From positions 1,612,001-1,676,000 of the forward strand of contig OZ287079.1 in the NCBI GenBank assembly GCA_965645245.1: a stretch of DNA of 64,000 bases, in the 5' to 3' direction. The position numbers and the translations under genes are program-made. Within the stretch, counting starts at the first letter, position 1; each line of letters begins with the position of its first letter. This DNA comes from Massalongia carnosa. Taxonomy: Eukaryota. This document shows positions 48,550 through 60,416 of this stretch, piece after piece. Under the pieces are notes generated by a model. The model was not told the DNA's origin. It did not search any database and worked only from the letters and a program-made list of their open reading frames with translations.

Positions 48550-49623
48550 TGCTTGGATATCTAAATTGAAACTCACTGCTTCCTAAGCGCCGTGGTGAAG
48601 ACAGAGCTTGGGCTGAAAAAATAGTTTTAAACGCGAGCTGCGTAATTACAGGCTTCCAGCTATCGGATCATGTCAGTACATTCGTACTCTTCACGATGTT
48701 GTTGGATCAGACGATGCACAAGAAGGGGACACATCATCAATCGAAGATCCGCCGTGCATGGTATTTGAATGGATGGATCATGATCTACAAATTGTGGCTT
48801 CCGATCAATTTTGACAGCACTCAGTCCTTCCAAAAATAATAGCGATGTCGGTCCTATCCGCCCTTGTCCTTCTTCAGACCCAGTATAATGCTTTACACAC
48901 GGGTGAGTGAAATTTCCTATAACTTTTCTCCTTTTATTTTACATCGACTAAACGGCTAGATGTCAATCCTAACAATATTTTCCTTTCAGAAATTCTTGGC
49001 CCTTCTCCGATTGTCAAAGTTGGAGATTTGGGAAATAGTGAGTACTTTCTCAGCTAATCTCTTTGATGCGCGCTTATTTATTATAGTGTTGCGCAGAAGG
49101 ATATAGCAAAATTCGTGTACAGAGTCTTCCAACTCGTGCTCCCGAGGTGTGGCGGGGTCTTGGCTGTTGGCATTCCTCGGACGTCTGGTTGCTTGGTGTT
49201 ACGGTTAGTTGCTGCCTTTCATGGCGATCTTGGCTAACCAGGAAGTTGGCACATTGGTTGTCTCCAACTATCATTTTCGGAGCCAAAGACAAGATGGTTC
49301 AAGATCTTACCGAAGCATGGTGCATTGCAAAGATCCGGCGGTTGATTGGACCGCTGGATCCTCCTATCCAAAACGCTAACTAAGAAGAAGAATTTCTAGT
49401 TGCCGAACATCTGGAGTCAACAACCTTTGAGCACCCGGACACCAAATTGGAAACACGGTTTATCAAAGTGGGCGCCTTACGTCACGAACTCGAGAAGTTG
49501 CCAGGCCCAAATGTTTCATCCGAGTTAATAGATTTTATTGAGTATTTACTTATTGTAGATCACACTAAGAGGCCGACAGCATCAGAGGCTCTAAATTACC
49601 CTTACTTACAATCTCTTTTCTGA
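48550..49623 (+). pseudogene. Degraded Ser/Thr protein kinase (CMGC/SRPK-like expanded fungal family)
   Basis: AVVKTE...KRELRNY...YIRTLHDV; HT|DVNPNNIFL...VKVGDLGN; QSLPTRAPEVWRGLGCWHSSDVW; DFIEYLLIVDHTKRPTASEALNYPYL*. Frameshifts, missing middle segments and an in-frame TAA at 49381. Confidence 0.75.
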
Positions 49624-51824
49624 GCGGCTCTTCAAGTAAAATCACTTATTTAAAGACTATCACCGATTTGCTAACCCTTTTGGTTTAAAGAATATACTGT
49701 CTTCGCACACGAGATCTATGGGGACTGTAGTTTTCCCAATTCCCAAAAAATCAGTATTTGCCTAAAAGTAACAACAAGCCTAACTAGAACTACTACCAAA
49801 GACAACAAATATTTCCTCCGTCCACATGAGCATCCTTGAATTCACCACCGGCCATAAAGGTTTACAGATGTTGAAACATTATTGGCCGGGAGTGGATATC
49901 TTGTTAGTTGGTTGCGTAGAATTAAATTAGACTTTGATATCAATTGGATTATTAATAGCATCTTACCTGTTGCTTGAAAGCATCGGTGGCAACGTGACCA
50001 ACACATATATCTCTACCTACAAAGTCCTTGACATAAATGGTAGAGTGATCCTTAGGGTCTTCTAGAATTGGGTGTGGCATGGAAATACTCATCGTTAGTA
50101 ACTTCTTTCTAGTTTTCGATTTGAGATGTATCAATACGTGATTATGATATTGCTTGCTTGAGCTTTCTAGTCCGGCGTCATCATTGTGGGGCCAGTGAAC
50201 GCGTTTTTCACCTTGTCAACTGTGTGTGCAATGAGTGCTGGATCGATTGCGTCAATAATACGTTTGAAACCTTTTTCTTGAACTTCTTCTGCTAAAAGTA
50301 TGGCGACTTTTTGGGCGCCGTTCGCTATTTCTTTGATGACACGACCGGACATTGTTCGTAGGCTCCAAGAAAGAGAATATTATTATAAAGATAAATGCTG
50401 CAAGTAAATGTGAGTGGATCTGATAATGATATATTATTGTGGGGAGTCGTGGGGTTTAAGTATATGTCGAGCCATCGTGTATCATTCGGGCTCCCTCTTT
50501 CGCCTGATTTCAATGCTGCGGAAAAAGATGGCTCTGGCTGACCCCCGGAAAAAAAAGAGTAGTCCATGGCCACGGTGTTCTTTGCGTTAGATAGTTTTAG
50601 AACATAGTATTAACACTCGCTTCACTTTTGGGACTAGATCCTGATAGATTACCTAGGGTTCATTAGACGCACCCAGACGCACCAATGAACTTGCTAGCTA
50701 TAGATTCTGATAATCGTGGCGATAGGTTTATAAGTCACTGTTAAGTTTGGCGAATTACTGATAGTACTAGCCATTTCCACAAGCGCCGAGGAACCCGCAT
50801 CAAATAACGCCTCAGACGCCTCGAGAAACGCTCGCGCACAGTTCTCATAGGCGCGGTGAGGCAGACTGGCCGTCAGATAACCGGGAACCCTTTTCGTACG
50901 CGTATGTGCATGAATCAAATAAAACACATTAATGTTGAAGTGATGACTTACATGATTACCATCCTATTTAATAAGACGTCGGCCTGCTGACAAGTATGTC
51001 TATCGCTGATAGCGTCTGGTCATGGAGGCACCTAATGACCTGCTTTGACTTCCCTGGCCAAAAATTTCCCATAGTCTGTGCTATTGATCAAGCGTTTGAC
51101 ATGATTGCTGATCCAACGACTCTGAGTCAGGTTAGGATTGCTAAAATGCAGGCCTAATATTTTATCACTATTCGAACTAGTCATCATCATATCAGCCTTT
51201 TCATAATGTTAGGCTGTAACACTTACGTGGGAGTGTTTGGACATTATGCACAAGACTATGCCTCAGGAATTGGATGCGTCCAACGTAATCTCATTCGAGA
51301 TATCGTAGATCAATCGCTAGACAAGCAAAGCGTTCATAGCTTTTGAGAATCCTGTTGTTGCCAAGCGATAGTTGGTTTGTTTTAAGTTGTACTAGTCCTG
51401 TTGCACCGCGCGTGTGGGGCGTTAGAATACGCAAATGGCGGGTATATCGAGTTAAAGAATGGTAGAGTCGTCCGTTTGCTTTTATGAAATCCATTTTGAA
51501 TTCACCAAAATCATCATAGTGTCTTTCGCCAGCGAGAGACACCAAGATAGATATGTTCAAAAATCAAAAGAGTCTATGCTACAATGTCAACGTGGAGTGA
51601 GTGGCCGAGTAGTCCAGATTCTTCCCCGCCCACGTGCGTGCAACGATTGGGTTGGCCAAGGGAAGCTCCCAGCTAGGTAGGTACATTGCTTGGAGTCTTG
51701 ACATGACGACAGAAGCCACAGGAAATCGAAGGGTACGCTAGGAATATCCTATGGAACGAGCGAGTATATGAAGCATGAGAGAATCTCTCCAAACTCGCCA
51801 GCTTTTGTTTGTACATCAGTCGCC

Positions 51825-52820
51825 ATGCCACTTCTCGTAGTAGTAGCAACTCTGTACCTCGCCATCCGCGCTGCGGCAACATCCCCCGAGTTATCTTCTT
51901 CCTTTCAAAATATCCTTTCAAATGTTAATAATAATCCGCTCTATAATTACCCCACAGACCTCACTCAAGGAATCGTACCTGTAAGCCCACTCCTAAATCA
52001 ATCCGAGATCCTCGCTAAAACTGCCTCCCAGAAAGCCATTCACTCCCATAACGACTACTGGCGGCCCATTCCATTTTACACCGCCCTCTCCGTCGGCTGC
52101 ACGAGCATCGAAGCCGACGTATGGCTCTACAACTCCACGCTGTACGTTGGCCACGAAACCTCTGCCCTAACCCCTTCCCGGACCTTTGAATCTTTGTACA
52201 TAAACCCCATCCTCTACGTCCTCGCTCGTCAGAACCCTGCTTCGAAGTTCGAGCCTGCCCCAACGACCCACGGCCTCTTCGATGGATATAGTGCGCAAAC
52301 CGTGTATCTCTTCGTCGACGTCAAAACCGGGGGCCCGGAGACCTGGCCCTATGTCGTCAAAGCTTTAGAACCCCTTCGCCGCGCGGGCTACCTCTCCCGC
52401 GTCGATAATGCGTCCAGCACCTCCATCACTTACGGCCCCGTGACCGTCGTCGGGACCGGAAACACCCCACTCGATCAAGTCCAGCCCGTAACCCCGCGCG
52501 ACTATTTCTGGGACGCGCCCATCCCGACGCTGGATAGCACGTTTCGCAACATCACCGCGCTCGTGTCGCCCATTGCCTCGACCGATTTCGCGGTGCAGTT
52601 TGGCTCTGTGCAGAACACCACCGGGGCCTTTAACAATTCGCAGCTGGCCCTGCTGCGCGAGCAGGTCAAGGTGGCTCACGCCAAGGGGATCAAGCTCCGC
52701 TACTGGGATTTGCCCGCTTGGCCGATTGGGCTGAGGAACGGGGTGTGGAAGCAGCTGTGGGATGAGGGTGTAGACCTGATCAACGCGGACGATGTCGCCG
52801 CGGCGGCAACCATTTGGTGA
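51825..52820 (+). CDS. AIM6: AIM6-like secreted PLC-like phosphodiesterase; in-frame intron 51981-52031
   Basis: Signal peptide MPLLVVVATLYLAIRAAA; YPTDLTQGIVP|KAIHSHNDYWR..PFYTALSVGCTSIEADVWL..LYVGH; LRYWDLPAWP...GVDLINADD. Confidence 0.85.
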   Translation: MPLLVVVATLYLAIRAAATSPELSSSFQNILSNVNNNPLYNYPTDLTQGIVPVSPLLNQSEILAKTASQKAIHSHNDYWRPIPFYTALSVGCTSIEADVWLYNSTLYVGHETSALTPSRTFESLYINPILYVLARQNPASKFEPAPTTHGLFDGYSAQTVYLFVDVKTGGPETWPYVVKALEPLRRAGYLSRVDNASSTSITYGPVTVVGTGNTPLDQVQPVTPRDYFWDAPIPTLDSTFRNITALVSPIASTDFAVQFGSVQNTTGAFNNSQLALLREQVKVAHAKGIKLRYWDLPAWPIGLRNGVWKQLWDEGVDLINADDVAAAATIW

Positions 52821-53169
52821 ACGGTCATGGCAAATACGTAATGAGAAACAATGTTAATCTTATACGAAACCGACTCCTCGTAAACATTTCTGGTTTATAC
52901 GATTTCCGCCTTCACTCCCATTCTCCACCATGAAATCCAAATAAATCCAAAGTAAGTCTCGAGCCAAAAGCCTCCTGACCAAGTTAAGTTACTCCGCCCC
53001 CCCCTTTTTTTTTGGAGGAAAACAAATATCTTACCAGCATGCGCGTTTTCCAATATCTTGAACTGTCGTTATTCTGCTGTTTTGTGTGTATATAACAGAC
53101 AGACAGACTTTTTCGCTGCATGTAGGGAGAATGCTGATAACAGGATATGTTTGTATGTATCTACGTAAG

Positions 53170-53197
53170 TAGGTAGGTAGGTAGGTAGGTAGGTAGG
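53170..53197 (+). repeat. (TAGG)7 microsatellite
   Basis: Read directly; followed by short (CAG)n. Confidence 0.9.
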
Positions 53198-55774
53198 GAA
53201 TAAGCAGCGGTAGCAGCAGCAGCAGTAACAGCAGCAACGCACCACGGGGGAAGTGAAGTAGGCGTCTAGGAAATAATAGTAATCCGCAGGCGGGATACAA
53301 CGATATAATATATTATAGACCTCATCACCCCTTTTCAATTTAATTGATTAAATCAACCCAGTTGATGAAACAGTCGTTGGCTATCTTACATTATGTGACT
53401 TACATTCTATGTACGAGTAATCCCAACTGAGAATCCTTCAGTCCCAAAAATTTCCCGCAAGAGAGGACTCCCCCCCCGGTTCCACTCATAGCCATTCGCA
53501 TCGCTGTTTTTCTCCGAGGTGCATGTTTTGTCATCATCGTCGACTTCGTTGTCGTCGGTGTTGTTCTCGTTTGCGTCCCTCCCCCCCCTCTTCCAAACTT
53601 TTAGATTCTGTACTATTATCCTTGCAGCCTTTTAATTCGCTACCGCTTCTACCGTTAGGTATTAAACGGTAATCTAGAAATTTATCTCGGGCTCGTACCA
53701 AAAAGGGGGGAAATGGCTAATGAAGGAGGAAAACCGGATGTTTCGCTTCAAATGTTTCGCTGACTGTTTGTCGATATTTTGCGTTGTGGCGTAGGGATCA
53801 AGATGCCGTTGCAGCGTTCTTGCTGAATCATCACGTTGAGTGAAATGTCAATAATAGGATGCTGGAGCGTTAGGAAACGAGATGATCAGCATTCACGCTA
53901 GCTTTAAACATTTCATTCGGCGTCGAGGTCCGACAATAAAGGATTTTTCGAGCATAGCAGGTTCTCATTTCTGGTTTTTAGACAGGTGAGCTTTGCGTTT
54001 CTTAAAATCATAGTTGTGTATAGAGGTAACATGAGTGGAGATAGACGAAAGGCAGAGCACCAAATTATCGAATATAAATTTGCGCTGCGTTGTTCGCCTT
54101 GAGAGTTTAAGGGGAAGACGGTACAGATCTAGGAATATTATAGTCGACTCTCTTGGTGGTACAATGTCTCGCCGCTTTTCGAAATCAGTGCCTGGGCTTC
54201 TTATATCATTAGTAAATATAATCCGAGAAAAGAATGCGGAAACCCAACTCCAGTTGCAAATGGACCAGACCGAGCTAAATCCGGTTCTAAACTCTAAGGT
54301 GTAAATTAAAAAATAACCTTGCGCAAGACGGCTTCTCCATGAACGGCATACTCTTGGAGATAAGGAAGTGGAAAGGAAAGTCCTAGTTATGCAGCCATCT
54401 GAGCTCGAAAGGCAGCATAGTTGCCGTTGAAGCTTACAAGATCAAAGTAAACTGGCAAATGCCTACTGACTCGTCAGATTGAGCTTTCTGCTGGGATACC
54501 ACGATAGCAGAGAAACGGTATTAGTTGTAAAGGTGAAACAGTCCATAAAATCAAAATCGATTTGTCATATAATTAAAATCTATGGTTCAATCACCTCGGC
54601 TAGCTATCGCCATGATGTATTTGGGAGGGTGTGTGCGATGCCAAGTTTTGCGGACTTCATAGTTGTTGCGTTGAACTTCTTGTTCCATTATATTAGATGT
54701 CGCAGCGAAGCCACCAGGATTTCTTTCATAAAGTCGTCTAGGGCTTGATGAGGGTGAACATGGGAAGGCCTAGGTTTAATATTAAAAAATATCAATGAAG
54801 ACATATACGGCGGATACAAGCCAAATTTAGTGACAGTAAAGGTGGAGAGCGTAGTGAGTAAGGCCGTAAAAAGGCAACGCATCAGAATGAGAAAACTATC
54901 ATTCTTTTATATGCAGTCTCTGAGCGGAATCCAAAGTGACAGGAAATGATCAATATGATAATGCTTGAGAGATCTCTTTACTGTCACGAAGGATCATCAA
55001 TATGAGTTCCACCCCTCATGTCACGTGATATTGCAGAATCAGAACGAGGTCCTCCTGAGATGGCCCTGCGCCGCTATTGTCACGTAGCTTGTTCTACTTA
55101 ACTCAGTTTTGTTGGTTCGGGTTAGTGTATAGAAAAACCGAGCACTTCCGGGCGACACAAGTACATTGCGCCCGAAGCAAGCTCAAAGCAAGTACAGCGC
55201 GCCCGTAGCTAAGTTTGTCGCACACGAGCTGTTCGAGCTGTCTGAGCTATGATATTCTGCTGTCGTCACAAGTTAGCCAGCACTGGCTATGGCTAGCTCG
55301 GAGACGCGTGCTTCTCGCATAGGTAGGTAGGTGGGTCTTTGGACTTGTATGGTTCAGGTGAGCGAGGTAGATATGGACTCTTTGTACGGGAAATGGGATG
55401 GCGAAACATCAAATCGTCTTTTGACGGTTCGTACTATCTTGAGCACCACCGACCGAAGGCCGAGAGGCAAAAAAGAAATAATAAAGATGAAAAAGGAGAA
55501 AAAAGGAGTTGCATGAGTGAACTGAGAGATAAGAAACAAAAGTAAAGGGTTAAGGCATAGGCGAGAGAAGGTTAGAAATTGTTAATAGGTAACATTCTTC
55601 AAGCTTTTGGTTGTTATTAATTATGTAATACACAAAGCATGGAAAATAGTGACAGTACTGTGCGATGAGAAAGCTAAAGCGCCTTCCCAGGGATCTTTGG
55701 CCCTATCGAATCGACCACCATGGACTGAGTCGAACCAACATTGAATCAGTAGTTACACATCAGATATCCCATCC

Positions 55775-57200
55775 TCATCCTTCCAAGACTCTCCTTTTCA
55801 GTGGGGTAGAGGAGCCAAAGCCCTCACTCGGACCGAAATCGGGCTTACCACCTAGAGAGCCAAAGATGTCGCCGATGTAGTTCGTGTGTTGGATACCCTT
55901 GCAGAACTTTGAGTCCCATTCCTTCAAGATACCTTCCACGACCTTGACTCCCGCCCGATAGATGTTCTCAACAGAGGGTAGGAAGCCACCGGAGTTAGCT
56001 TTCAGGGTGGTATAAGCGTCTCCTCCGTCAGCAGGCCGATCAAAGTTGGCAGCGCTGCGCATGACTATGACCCGACTAAAGTCTATCACCTTGAGAACAG
56101 CTCCACGGAGCAAGACTTCCAGGATGGCGCTGTCCTCTTGCGCTGTTGTACAATATACACCAGTACCGTTGGTGAATAACTTTGTAGTCTGCTCAAAAGC
56201 CTCGCTGAGAAGCTTTCCCGTATAGAAGACGTCTGAAGTGGCTCCGTCACAGGCAACAACTTTGGGGAGCTGGCTTGCAGCTTTGTAGGCAGGACTGCTG
56301 GCATATTTGGCGCGATACGCCTTAGCGACGTCTGAATCGCTCAACTTGGCAGTTTTGGCGAACTCGACGGCGATATCCCGAAGGGCGTGTGACACCTCAA
56401 ATACTTCTGTGCCATATATGTCCTTGGGGTACTCGGTGGGTGAACTGCTTCCCAATGGAAAGTACCTAATAGGGTTGAGTTTGGTTCTCAAACCATTGAG
56501 AAGGCCGGACACTCACCCCGTCTCAAACTTTGCTGGTTTCTCGCGTGCTGCAAATCTGTCAGCCTAAGCCCAGTATAATTTCCGTTCATCACTTGCCATC
56601 AATCTCGTATTGTAGCGCGACTTGAACTTCATATCGAGCGAAGGTTACAGATCCACTGTGAGCTAGACATCAGCTATAATATTAAAGAACTGCCCCGGAA
56701 GAAACAGACATCGTTGCTACTTTGGGATTGATACCCGCAATTCCGCCAAGCAAGAAATAAGATGATGTCAGGTCAAAGAGAGGCGAGAAAGTAAAGGCCG
56801 TCAGGGTGGTGGCGGCATTTATTTCTGGAAGTTTCGAGATTTTCAGCAGACGAGCATATTCTTGCAAAGGGTTTCAGTACGCACCACTCTCGCCAGCTAT
56901 AACTTGGCAGACGTCATGATTGGATGTGCAATGGACTTTGGGGAAGAGCGGCGACAGTCCAGGGACTGTAATATTCACCTCAAGCAGATTAAATTCTGGG
57001 ATACCGTACCAGATAGCCGCCTCTGGAGTGAACTGCGATATAGGTGAGCAAACTTCGTCCATGCTATGAGGGCAACTCAGATTACTCACCATGTTGATGA
57101 GGACGACCTTGGGTTTAATCTTTGCCACGGGGTTTGCAGCTGCTAGTGACAGCAGCACCAACGAGGCCAGCATTCGCTGGACGAGAAGCGTAAGATGCAT
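55775..57200 (-). CDS. Purine nucleoside permease (NUP family), 6 exons (57200-57090, 57032-56885, 56824-56710, 56655-56597, 56547-56517, 56465-55775)
   Basis: PKVVLINMFTPEA...VPGLSPLFP; FDLTSSYFLLGGIAGINP...GSVTFARY.VQVALQYEIDARE; YGTEVFE; YCTTAQED; MRSAANFDRP; NYIGDIFGSLGGKPDFG. Confidence 0.92.
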
Positions 57201-57859
57201 GTTGGACGTTGATGTAACTGAATAAAAGAATGTGAATACTAAAGAATCATCGTAAGCTCTTTGAAGTTTGGGAAAGTAAGCATTTATGGTTCTGATGAAG
57301 CACCACCACCGCTACGGTTTTAGCCATTCCATTAATGAATTTCCATGGGTAGGTAGGTGTGTAGCTCCCATTGCGAGATCGTACAATCATATGTTGTAGT
57401 TAAGCGACTCTGTACCGAGTAAATGAGAATGGAATCTTGATTGGGGTAGGGGGCGGGAACGATGGCGTCCAGCGGATGCAAACATATTTCTTTTTGTATT
57501 AGCACTATTGAAATATCTAAACGGGTCGTCTCGGGTGGGTAGTTGTTAGGAGCTCAGCCAGCCTTCAAGTTCCGTAGTGCAGGCGAGGTGGAAATAAAAA
57601 GTTCTAGGATGAAAATCTCACGCCTTATGATTGGTGGAAAGATTTGGACACATCTAGATCTAGCGCTAGCTGGATCTAAGTCAGCCGCGCATCTGCCAAT
57701 GAAACCCAAAGCATTCCCCAGATGATTCTTGCTTGATTCGATATCCTCTGTTTTACTGATGACTCAGCATCCTCCTAGAAGACATCGCCTATGAGCCGGC
57801 TAAGCCTAGCCTATTTCGCTAAGTCCCTTCGGGTTAGCGGCCCTTTAGCTGACTACTAG

Positions 57860-57945
57860 TAATTATTTAGTATGGGGAGGTGGCTTGTAGCTAGTCCGAA
57901 TTTGGAATGGTTTTCGCTGGGGGACTGTCCCGAGTCTTCTTCTCG
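57860..57945. mobile_element. Diverged solo TIR-like terminus related to the adjacent element
   Basis: attatttagtatggggaggtggcttgtagctagtccgaat...gggactgtcccgagtcttcttc aligns by eye with the right TIR attaatttagtgtgagggtgaggcttaagctagtcctaat...ggtctgtcccgaatctactc. Confidence 0.6.
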
Positions 57946-59446
57946 CGAGTAGATTCGGGACAGACCCCATCTGGCAGACCCCTCGTAAAGTTCTACTGCT
58001 TATTAGGACTAGCTTAAGCCTCACCCTCACACTAAATTAATAGTCCATCTACTAATGCAACATATACCTAGCTGATTGTATGAAAAAGTCACACCTATTA
58101 CACTCTACTATTTCATTACTATTATACAACTCATTGCGATGACCTCAACTCTGAAAACTCATCAATCAGTTGCGAAACATCCTCCTTTCTAGGCTTCATA
58201 GTCCTAGCAATCTTCATAGCTGCCGCCTGCTTCTTCGCCTCGGCCCTAGCCTGTTTATCTGCTTGCTTTAGCCTTTTGCTGAGACTCCAACTCCAACAGA
58301 ACCTTTGATTTTTTGGCTACACCCCGAGACCTTCGCGTTGTGGCAGACGAAGTAGGAGGCAACTGACTGAGGCGAAGGTTTTGACTAAGATTATAAAGGG
58401 ACGGGGCTGTTTGAGATGAGACTTTTTGGCTATGTTTCGTCAGCACTTCATCAATATCTTCAAACGAATCGGAAGACGTTGAAGATGCATCGTTGTCATT
58501 CGAAGGAAGTGTGAGACTCATAGAAGGATCGGGAATCGGCTGAGTGTCTACATAATGCAGGTCATCGTCGTCGGAGACAATGACCGCATCTTCAGTCAAA
58601 TCTACTACATCATATGTTAGCCGCGTTGCGTCGATTTGCTTATATCGTGGAGTTTTACCATCGCTAATCACACTCTCGTTTTCATCGCTTTCACACAGTT
58701 TATCATGCCGTCGCCTTCTCCCTTGTTCAATCGAGTCCCTACGTCTAGCACGTCGCTGATTGGCCTCATCTGCCTCAGCTGCCTCGCGGCCAGTGTAAGC
58801 ACGCCGACGACTTCCTCCCTTTTTCTATCTGAGGTTTTCCTTCGGTCGGATTTCATCAGGGAAAGTTGTTGGGATAAGAGATCTAGCCGACTCCCTTTCC
58901 AGCCATTGTTGATTGAATTTGGCGCTGTTTGCTACGTATGCTCGAGCATACTCCTCATCTCGATGTGAATTTTCCATTGATTTGTGTAAATCCATTGACT
59001 CAAATGCTGCAGATTGCATCATATCAACTCCACCGCGGCGATATCTATCACCGTCCTTCTTCACTTCTCCCCCTTCGCCTTTCCTTCTTCTCACCTCCTG
59101 CTCATCCTCCTCTTCCATCTCATCCTCACCCTCCCCCCATACCTCCTCCTTATCCTCTTCCTTATCCTCTTCCTTATCCTCTTCCGGCTCCGCCCCTCCC
59201 TCTCCCGCAGCGTATATGGGATGATTACCCCTCATCAAATAATCCGAGGCTACCTACGTGTGATGTTTGAATTGGCTACAGCAATAAGTAATGTTGCAAG
59301 TGACTGGGTATATGAAGCTTGCGGGGGGACGTTGCATTAGTAGATGGACTATTAATTTAGTGTGAGGGTGAGGCTTAAGCTAGTCCTAATAAGCAGTAGA
59401 ACTTTACGAGGGGTTTGCCAGATGTGGTCTGTCCCGAATCTACTCG
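57946..59446 (-). mobile_element. Non-autonomous DNA transposon with 116-bp TIRs, probably an internally deleted Mutator-like element (MULE)
   Basis: TIRs at 57946-58061 and 59331-59446 with 2 mismatches; flanks TTCTTCTCG / GTCTTCTCG (9-bp TSD with 1 mismatch, 8-bp TCTTCTCG perfect). The interior is a broken minus-strand ORF (KKGGSRRRAYTGREAAE...), which I recall resembling the C-termini of fungal MULE transposases; no DDE core is present. Confidence 0.85.
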
Positions 59447-60416
59447 GTCTTCTCGAAACGAGCACATATAAGTTGATGTGAGTTCTGCCGTTCCTGGTTC
59501 TTATCTTGTGATGCCCGTGATCGTGACGGTCTAGTTGTCGATGATGGATTAGCTTTGCGGTTCTGTACGCCTCTTCACCTAAGTATATTTGGCCAGTATA
59601 CTTTTACAGAATATCGAATTCGATATTGAAGTCGAAGCCTGTTCTCACGCTGATCATGATGCCGACAATGTCAGGAATCAATTGCTCGGAAGTGAACGTA
59701 AAGATTAAGGAGGCAGCGACACCATGTGATTTGGCGAAGCTGCAGGAATGGTCATTGCAAGCTTGAAGCAGAGAAACAATAACCGAGGAGCTGGATCAAA
59801 TCCTCGGCGCCGCTTGCTGGCGGTAATCGTTACAGCTTGATAGGCTCCCCGCAAGCTGCGTCAGTTTTCATGCAAACAGGATGAAGTACAGAGTACCCTA
59901 TGATATCGCAGTAAAGGGAAGAAAACTTGTGTGAAATACACGAGGAGTCAAGACTCTCAAAACTTCGATTTCCCGGCTTACGCTACCTTGTGTCCATTCA
60001 CTGAATGACTTGGGTTTTAACATAGGATAACGCACGGACAAGAATGCACACTCGTTATATCTCTTGTCTAAAGACTCGAATGACCAAGGTCGGGTTGGCG
60101 CAGCCATAAAAACTACAGCGAAATGTAGCGAAGAATGTGACATTAACCTACAAAGGGTCATTATATAGCTCAAAGTTGTTTCTTCAGTTGTCTCTTCATA
60201 TACTGAAAGAAAGTATGATGATAACCAAAAGTGTAATAATCAGCTCGATTGATTGCCACGAATGACGATACAATATTTTCAAGCAGAAGCGTGATTGAGG
60301 ACTAGCACGGCACTAATAGTCAGCGGTAGTTGCCTCCGCACACAATACGGGTTGGCCAACCTTTATTTTACACAGACCAATAATCTTTGTACCTACATTG
60401 CTCTTTCTCATTCTCA

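Noticed and set aside
34760..57200. RapZ-like, HAD, GNAT, AIM6 and NUP genes as a nucleoside/phosphate salvage or biosynthetic cluster
   Set aside because: Spread over more than 20 kb, interrupted by unrelated pseudogenes, with no backbone enzyme or regulator.
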